Source of the DNA: Amoebophrya sp. A120
Taxonomy: Eukaryota > Protista > Dinoflagellata
Reading direction: 5' to 3'
Length of the DNA stretch: 64,000 nucleotides
Assembly (NCBI GenBank): GCA_905178155.1
Contig: CAJINV010000002.1
Span: 434,376-498,375 of the forward strand
Both the position numbers and the translations under genes were made by a program. The stretch's first letter is position 1; each line of letters begins with the position of its first letter. A model generated the notes under the pieces. It saw only the letters and a program-made list of their open reading frames with translations, did no database searches and had not been told where the DNA came from. This document shows, in pieces, positions 55,943 through 64,000 of the stretch.

Positions 55943-58900
55943 TCAGCCCCCAAACAGTTTATCCCACAACCGGGTGACCTTCGGCCACAGCCCGTCTTGC
56001 AAAAAAGTGTCGTTGTAAAAGCAGACCGCGAGCTGCCAAACGTATCAAATGTAAAGGTGTCTGGGTCTGGAAGACTGCGCGATTTGTCATGCAGCTTTTC
56101 CATGGCCCATGAGGTCTGGAATGCAAGCCCTAGCATGACAGATTCTGTGCGATCTTTCTCATGCCTATCCTGCATGAGAAACTGCCTCCCGACTTGGTCA
56201 AGAAAACTGGACGAATTTTGGTAATCATGCAACACAGATTTTTGCATGTTTCAGATTTAGCATGACAAGTTGCATGCTTCCAGACCCAGACACTTTTACA
56301 TTTGATAAAACGTACGCAAACGCCATTGCTGCGGAGATCAGGTGCAGCTCGCGGAGGAAAAAGATGAACAGCTGGAGAATTTTGACGAAGTGCAGCGCGA
56401 ACAGATATGCATCGCAAAAGTATCGTAAAAAAACTTGTACTAATTGCAGATATGCATGACAAATCTTCTTCCTAACGTAAAACAGCATTACAAATTGCAT
56501 ATAGATTTGATTGTCGTTGTGCTGAGCTTACTTTGTAATGCGTTTTATACTAGTACAATACTTGTGCAATGCATAACAGAATCCAAGTCACGACACTTGC
56601 TATGTGGTCGTTCACGATGGTCTCCGCGAGCTCTTCTGCGGAAGATGAGGAGGCTCCTGTTTGATTTAACATCCCTCCGTATCAAATGCAAAAATGTCTG
56701 GGTCTGGAAGATTGCGAGATTTGTCGTGCTTGTCTGGCATGACCAAAAAGTTTGTGATGCGTGTCCAAGAAGAGACCTTTTTGCCTGTCATGCAAAAACG
56801 CAGTTTGTCATGCGGAAAACGCAACACAAAGAAGCGCAGACATGTCTCATGCTTGACTGTGCATTACAGAGCATTCACTATTCCCAACGTAGCATTACAA
56901 GTTTCCAGACTCAGACATTTTTACATTTGATACTCCGCCCATGTCATCCGGGGACGAGGATGCCCCCGCCCCTCCCTGGTGATGATGGTGGTATCCTGTG
57001 CAAAAGTATCGCACTCGTATCGTACTAATTGCAAATATGCATGACAAATGTTATTCCTAAAGGCAAAACAGCATTACAAATTTCACTTTCCTCCTTGCCA
57101 AAATTTGTGAAGCAATTTATACTAAGTACGATGCTTTTGCAATGCATATGTGGTCTAGAGTCGCCGGAGAGATAATCGGAGAGTCGGGTATGTTGTGATG
57201 TAACTGACCAAGAACATTGGCGCCAGCGTTATAACTGTTCCCACTATTACTTCCACCTCCCATCGGCGGTGAGTCCACGCCTGAAAACGCTCCTGCTCCT
57301 CCTGAGGACCGGTCCTGATCCAAATTCAAATTCGATGGGGGGGAGTCACCGCCAGCAGAAAACTGCTGCTGCCCATGCTGGTTAAATACTTCGACGCTCC
57401 CTATCAAATGTAAGAATGTCTGGGTCTGGAAGAATGGAAGGTCTGTCATGTTCTGCCAGCATGACCCCAAAGTCTGTCATGCACGTTACCCAAGAGCCCC
57501 GTTTTTTTGTCATGCAGAAACGCAGTTTGTCATGCAGACTAGGCAACACCTCGAAGCTCAGAAACTTGTCATGCTGAGCCAGCACTTGTGGCCGCCTCAT
57601 GATACGCCAACCAGCATCACAAGTTTCCAGACCCAGACATTTTTACAGTTGATACTTCCGTCCCCCCCGCTAGGTCGGGTGCTGCCCGTGATGGTGGGCG
57701 AGCTTCCGTTGATGGGGCTTATCGTGAGAAAAAAGAAGTGTATACAGCTTACACTCTGTGTTGCAGATCAAACCAGAGAGCCTTGCTCTGTCATGCCGAA
57801 GATGGTGCACTGGAGCCCAGTTTCGTCCATGTTTTTTCCCTTATAGCATCTCTGCATTGCAAGTTCTGTGTGTCATGCCGAGCAAGAATATTGTGATGCT
57901 GGAGTTACTACAACAAATATGTAAGATGAGATCCTAGCACTGTTCTTGTATGTAAACTGTATAACACTTTTTCATCTGGGATAGTGCTGCCGTGACAAGT
58001 AGTACCATTGTGGTGACGCGACAGTGAGGAAGAAGTCATCTCGACGTTGTTTCTGCTACCAGAAGAACCACTACCGCTGGTACTATTGTTTGCGCTGTTA
58101 TTTCCTGGCGAAACGGTGTCAAACATCGTTTTGAAGAATTGCAACAGCCCCGGCCAGACGTAGTCGGGTAGGATCCAGGTGGAGAGGAAGCTGTCAAACG
58201 CAATTATGCACTGCAAAAGTATCGTACTCGTATTGCAATCATGCATTACAAATCTTTTTGTTAAGTCAAATCCGCATTACAAATTCCATTTTTCATGCTG
58301 ACGGAATTTGTCATGCGATACTAGTACGATGCTTTTGCATTTCATAGCAATCATGGGGAAGCAAATGTTGATATACGCTTCGGGAGACAACGCCATTAAG
58401 ACGAGACTCGTATCAAGTGCGAATATGTTCTGGGTCTGGAAACTTGTATTGCTAAATGGTCATGATTGGGTGAGCCTTTCAGTGCAGTGACGCATGACAA
58501 AATTTTCGAACGCTCTCTCATGCACAGCACACATTACAAACTGCGACTCTGCATCACGAAAGTGCGACGCTTTATTCGCTGCTCAACATGCAAGACAGAC
58601 TTCTCAGGAATGTGAGACACGCAATACAGGTTCAACCTTTCCAGACCCAGACGCATTTGCACTTGATAAATCGCGGCGCGACGCAAAATTCCGTAGGCGT
58701 GGGTTGATGTGATGTCGTGGTGCCACTTCTGCCAGGAAATGGGCTTCGTGGGGGTTGAGGATGGAGAAGTGAGAGAACAAAACGCTCGCAACAAGGGAGA
58801 GCAAATAATTTTGGCCCGCAGTGCGAGCGCAAGCGACCAGGTTTCGGTCGGACTAGTTTCGGGGTCGTTTGGTCGTGTAGTTGTTTCTGTGTAGTGTTCT

Positions 58901-60504
58901 TGGGGGTTTGATGATGTAGTCGATGAGGACGTAGTTCCCGGATGTCCTCCGCTCATGTTGTTTTCGCCACGTTGGCTGTGGTGCTGTTCAAAATCATGAT
59001 TATCTCCTTCTCCGATAGTACCGCTGCTACGACCGTTTATTTTACTCACAGCTCTACTATTGCTATTCTCCGAGCTTCCACCGCCGATGTTACTCATTTT
59101 TCTACTTCCGCCAAAACATCTCAACAGAGACATGACACAACCGCAGCAGAATCGCCAAACTTCCCAGAAGTCCGTGCTCCGGAGGGCCCGCTCCGCCAGG
59201 CTGTGCGCTTTGCTGATAAAGTGCAGGAGGAAGCCGACGAAGACAAATCCTTTCATCGGCACGGTGAGGTTGTGCTCCTCGTAGATTGTTTCCGCTGGCT
59301 GGAAGTTGTAGGAGGAGGGGTATGGTACCATTTCGTTGCTGTTAGTCATGTCCATCATGTGCTGTTCTTCCGTCCCGAGTTCTGCCACTGCTGTTGTGTA
59401 TTTGGTGGTGACCAACACTCTATGAATTGCAAAAGTATCGTACTCGTGTAAATGCATTACAAATTTCCTCAGCATGAGAAATAAAATTTGTAATGCGGAT
59501 TTACCTTAGCAAAAGGATTTGTAATGCATGATTGCAATACGAATACGATACTTTTGCACAGGATACACTCCCTTGTACCACAACCCATCGACATCGTACA
59601 GGTCCCACAGACAACTCATATGGATTGCAAAAGTATCGTACTCGTAGCATCAGATGCATTTATGCATTACAAATCTCTTTCTCAATTACTGGAGACGTAT
59701 ATTCTCACTTTTACGGTCCAAGAAACTTTTTCTCAAGGTAAATCAGCATTACAAATTTAATTTGTAATGCTGGGCTAATTTGTAATGCAATTTGTACGAG
59801 TACGATGCTTTTGCAATTGATAGCTCAGCCATATCGTTGATTTGACCGAAGAGATCATGAGGATCACCAAGGGGAGACCGTGCATCACCACGTTTTCCAG
59901 GTTTCCCACGGCCTCCTGCAAAAACTCGCCGAGTCTGCCCCAGTCCCTCAGCACAAAGCAGCTTGTGAAGAACACCAGACAATATCCACAGTAAATTTCT
60001 CGTACACCTACGCCCGCGTACTGTTTCATCTGCATGACAAAACTTTTCTTCGTTCCTACTTAGCATGACATTTGGCGGGAGGGGGACGCTCTACTAAGTT
60101 AGCGTGCGCATCGTGTACGGGAAAAAATTTGTGTTGCGTAGACAGGTAAAGCAGATCGGCTGGAAGAGTTGCTGCTGGAAGTAGCTGTTGAGCGACTCAG
60201 CATCGGGGGGCACCATGTAGCTGTATTCGTAAAAAAAGTCCTCCGGCGGTGTGAAAAATGTTGCCGAGGAAGCAACTCCGGCGGTGTGAAGATTGTGAAA
60301 CGGGGGGTTCTTGTAGTGGTTGTGCACCTGCTTGGAGGAACCGATCCCAGTGTAGTCGTACATGGAGTTGTCAAGAGAAGCTGCGTCATTCGCATCTTGT
60401 TGTAAACTCGCGACGACTTCTGCGATTGGGTTATTCAATGCTCCATGGGCGGCGGCCTGGTGCAACATCTCCTGTAGCTGGTCGTGGACCACAGATGACG
60501 GCAT
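55943..60504 (-). CDS. Putative multi-pass membrane protein of unknown function
   Basis: Several hydrophobic segments (YCGYCLVFFTSCFVL, LPLVILMISSV, GFVFVGFLLHF, ILQLFIFFL, AMAFAYVWQLAVCF); ends ...LWDKLFGG*; 10 introners; not every junction checked. Confidence 0.68.
56043..56307. mobile_element. Introner family A
   Basis: TSD AAACG. Confidence 0.92.
56406..56575. mobile_element. Introner family B
   Basis: TSD ACAGA. Confidence 0.9.
56680..56932. mobile_element. Introner family A (reverse orientation of 12653-12908)
   Basis: TSD CTCCG. Confidence 0.92.
56992..57148. mobile_element. Introner family B
   Basis: TSD GGTGG/TGTGG. Confidence 0.88.
57402..57654. mobile_element. Introner family A
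   Basis: TSD CTCCC/CTTCC. Confidence 0.9.
57720..57983. mobile_element. Introner, singleton TIR, aged
   Basis: TAT...ATA, TSD GGGCT/GTGCT; joins HGS-PING. Confidence 0.8.
58205..58346. mobile_element. Introner family B
   Basis: TSD GCAAT. Confidence 0.92.
58411..58668. mobile_element. Introner family A (diverged)
   Basis: TSD ACTCG/AATCG. Confidence 0.87.
59421..59565. mobile_element. Introner family B
   Basis: TSD CACTC. Confidence 0.93.
59619..59822. mobile_element. Introner family B with ~50-bp internal insertion
   Basis: TSD ACTCA/GCTCA; internal TTTCTCAA duplication. Confidence 0.88.
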
Positions 60505-61771
60505 AATCTTCTTGTTTACCCTGGAGTCGTTGTTCGTGTTCGTATTGTTGGAATGTTTATCTCCGAGTTACAAGGCTCCACCTATCCTTACGTCGGTCCT
60601 CGTGTAAGTACACCTGTTCTGCGCTGAAAATAACCGTAACGATGGTGCGTTGCCGTTCCGCGCTTGTTTTTCGAGGCTTCTTGATGTACTACGTCTGGGC
60701 GGTTCTTGTCATCGCCGTGACTCGTGCTGGGTGATCAACGCTATTTCATGATTTTCCCTTGCCGAAGCCGACAAGAAAATGCGCCGAGCGTTTTCGTACA
60801 GGCCTGTAAAGGCGGAATAAATAAACCGCCTATTTCTACAGACTCTTTCCCTTCGTCTTCCGGACTGACTCCGATTCGGTCTACTTGTTTTCTGGATATT
60901 CATTAACGTTTGACTTTTCGCCGTGAGAAGTGTAGTTGCTTTGATGTAGAGTTGGTCTTCTATTTCACTCGATGTCTCAGAGAAAAGGTAAATGTATCTC
61001 AAAAGAAACTACGGCAAGACCGTCCACTTGATGTTACAACTCGACTTGCTAAAAATAGGTACTCATTCGCACAACAACTCTACCGTGCTGTCGCTGTGTG
61101 TTCTTCTCAATGTTCCTCATCAGGCCACACGACCGCTTCCACGAGAAAATATAATTGCGAGTAGATGTAGATCATGTACTTCAAAACGAACAACGCGTTG
61201 CTCTCTGTGTAAGTATTTTAGAGTCTCTCGTCAGCGTCCTCGTGGCCATTCTCAAAAATCTCAGGGTGGGATATTAGAGCAGTCCATTTTATTTTCCAGA
61301 TTATCGGCTGCGAACGGCGCGCGGCGCCAGTAATGAGTGGTAGAACTACAAAAACAGATGGAGATCTTCGTGTTCCACCACATCCACGCTGCGCTAGAAG
61401 AAGATGATCACACTTCCTGCGAGACGAAATGTCAAGCACAAGCAGATGAATGCAGTCCGGATTTGGTTTTGGTACTTCTGCCCAATGCCTGGGAGTATCT
61501 TAATCTTCGTAAACAGTTGCAAACTGATAACGAAAAATGCAGTTTCTTTCTTTGTGCATTTCAATGCTCGTGGTCCCTCAACGTCATTCTCAATGTGCGT
61601 GTTTTTATCACTTGTGGTTGTGTCTAGGTCTAGCTGCCGCTACGAACGAACGAGGAACGAGCGTCGTCAATGCGTCATCATGATGACACAGAGACAGTGA
61701 GGTCGGTTGCTCTGCACCGAGGCGCATTTTTAGAGGACACCAAAGTTGATAGGTCACTTTGACTTTGACTT

Positions 61772-63688
61772 TCATTCCTCATAGCGGTACATTCCGCCCG
61801 TGAGATAATAAAGTCCACTGTCGTAATCTTCGACCGCTTCAGATGAAATATCTTCTCCTTGGTTGAATTGTTTTTCGGCGAAGCTACGATCGTCGCCTGT
61901 AGTTGTTCTCGTAGTTGCACCGCTCGTCCTTGTTTTTACCGGCGAATGCACAACATTTTGACTTCCTGTCATGGTGGTCCTCGTCTGCGCCACAGGCTGC
62001 ACGACAGGTGTTGTCATCAGCTCCCGCACGATGAACGACATCGCCCCACCGGAAAACTCGTCCCGTAACAGCACTTTTGCTGCGGCTGCATGGATATCAC
62101 ATGCAAATATATCTGGGTCTGGAACTTTGCTAGACTTGTCATGAAGGTTTTCCATGGCCCATATGATCTGTAATGGAGGACCTAGCATGACAGATTCTGC
62201 GCGATCTCTCTCATCCCTATCCTGCATGAGAAACTCCCTCCCGACTTGGTCAAAACTGGACGACTTTTGGTAATCATACAACACAGATTTTTGCATGCTT
62301 CAGATTTAGCATGACAGGTTGCATTCTTCCAGATCCAGACATTTTTACATTTGATAATGGAAACTTTCCCCCGCGTAGCGGTTCAGGTTGCGCTCGCAGT
62401 GGCTGTCCGGCTGGTAGCAGAGCGCCTTTTTCACGCTCTGGAGACCGGCTTGGAGATCAAATGGAAAAAAGGTGTTTACATTTTCATTTACGCTGCACTG
62501 ATTTTTCGTTCGTCAATTTGAATTCAGCAAGACAAATTCCTCTACATGAGAGAGTTGCGAGAAAACTTGTAATGCAGAAATCCTGTTACGGGAAAACACG
62601 TACTAAAACCAGGCTCCTAGGCATATCCGGCATGGAACGGCTTACGTGACTTGTTTGGCCTGCAACACAATGTGTAAAAAAATGTATAAACACATTTTTC
62701 TTGCGATACTGCAGCTTTCGCATTTTCGTGGAGTCAGGGAGAATTTCGGTTTGGAGGTACTGGACCAGGTCGAAGGGGGATGCGTTTCTGTTTTGCGACG
62801 ATCCTTGGTTTTGGAGATTGAGCTCCTCATTCAGAAATCGTTTTTCCGGAATGCGGATTAGAATTTCGTCGTCCCAATCCCACGACGTCCAGGAAGTGGC
62901 GGCCGGCGAAGATGATGCTGATGCTGTCATCGGTATTTTATTTTCAGATGGGGGACGACCTTCATGGTCATCTTTATCCTCGAGGTGTTGAGCCACGTGC
63001 GGAACAAAATCGGGAGCCGTCCTAACGGTATTCGAGCTCCTGCCAAATCTGCTGTTGAACGGCAGCCCAAGCTTATGGAGAGAAAAAAGTTCGCGTTCGC
63101 CACAGTCACGACTAATTTGGAGGCTTTGCGTCACGATTATACAAATTTTTTAGCATCACAGCTTTTTCTTGTATTGCAGAAAAACTAAGGGAAATCCCGT
63201 ATGAAGTTTGGCTGTGATGCATTTTTACGCATGACAGGCATTTTTTGTATTGCAGAAATGTTGCCCATGAGTGATCGTGACGAACTTTTTTCTTTTGATA
63301 AAGCTCGTCGTCAATTAAGACTGGGATGCAGTCGGATGAGACCAAAACGGAGAACAACCTGCGCGTGCTTCTCGCGTATCAATTGCAAAAATGTCTGCGT
63401 CTGGAGGAATGCAGGTCTGTCGCGCTTGTCTACTCACATGAGAGTGGAATCTGTAATGAGTGAGCAGGGAAAGCCCTCTTGCCTGTCATGCGAAAGTGCA
63501 GTTTAATATGTTTACCATGCGGAAAGCGAAAGACAAAGGAACCCAGAAACTTGTTATGCGTGGCTGCGTATTCTTGGGGTAAGTCCACAAGCCACAAACT
63601 AGCATCACAAGTTTCCAGACCCAGATCGATATAATTTGCAATGCATATCGCATCGCCGGGAACGATTGCACAGAAGACGGATTTCTGG
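61772..63688 (-). CDS. Exostosin family (GT47) glycosyltransferase, 3' part (5' end outside window)
   Basis: Spliced translation QKSVFCAIVPGDARSTRRLFSVLVSSDCIPVLIDDELGLPF...WDDEILIRIPE matches the exostosin motif S.FC..P.GD....RLF.....CIPV......LPF. Confidence 0.85.
62095..62356. mobile_element. Introner family A
   Basis: TSD ATGGA. Confidence 0.92.
62455..62708. mobile_element. Decayed introner-derived intron
   Basis: GATCAAATG...GCGATA ends, flanks TTGGA/CTGCA; removal plus 5 nt joins RKLQ-AGLQ in frame. Confidence 0.7.
63074..63300. mobile_element. Introner, singleton TIR
   Basis: TSD AAGCT; joins DDEL-GLPF. Confidence 0.88.
63377..63647. mobile_element. Introner family A (diverged)
   Basis: TSD TCGCG/TCGCA; joins PGDA-RSTRR. 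Confidence 0.88.
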
Positions 63689-64000
63689 CATCGAAAGGAA
63701 AAATGCCCCCTCCCCATATCAAAACGGAATTTCTGATGCTGGATTTGTGTACACAGATCAGCTTTGTACTGCAGGAAGGCATTGCGGCCAGATCCCCAGG
63801 CTAGGTAGGGGCGCATGGGTCTAGTTGTTCAGCATTGCAAACGGCTCCCCTTTAGGCCCAACAGCGTGACAAATCGCTTCCATAATGGGACGGAAGCTTC
63901 TGCCCTTCTCTTCTTGCGAGACAAATGTGATTTGTGACCTCAAATCAGCAACACAAATTTTCGGAAACATACCTTTCAATATGGGGAGGGGGAGTTTTTC
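63689..64000. mobile_element. Introner truncated by window end
   Basis: Inverted repeat GAAAAATGCCCCCTCCCCATAT / ATATGGGGAGGGGGAGTTTTTC. Confidence 0.7.

Noticed and set aside
2946-63647. Many short ORFs sharing KCKNVWVWK, MSGSG(R/N)L, FPDPDIF or QKYRTR peptides, suggesting a repeat-protein family
   Set aside because: These are translations of introner TIRs in different frames, not genes.

Overview
Eukaryotic, gene-dense window in which all nine reconstructable genes lie on the minus strand. The style matches a syndinian dinoflagellate such as Amoebophrya (inference, not proven). The dominant feature is about 55 short (mostly 140-330 bp) introner-type elements. They have TAT...ATA termini, terminal inverted repeats (TIRs), 5-bp direct repeats (TSDs) and a shared internal GCAT(G/T/C)ACAA motif, and fall into at least five multi-copy TIR families plus singletons. 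At every junction I translated, removing the element plus one TSD restores the host reading frame. This allowed manual assembly of a WD40 protein, an exostosin/GT47 glycosyltransferase, two paralogous secreted proteins, a secreted coiled-coil protein and others. One introner carries an intact 5.46-kb retroelement with identical 212-bp direct repeats and a TTACA TSD. Its single 1464-aa ORF has an N-terminal GIY-YIG endonuclease, a divergent RT and a Q/P/F-rich tail (Penelope-like, permuted type), and it is inserted exactly in the introner's shared motif. Also present: a chimeric triplication that exposes empty and filled introner sites, an inverted copy of an exostosin gene fragment, and four very GC-rich intergenic islands. 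Coordinates were counted by hand and may be off by a few bases.
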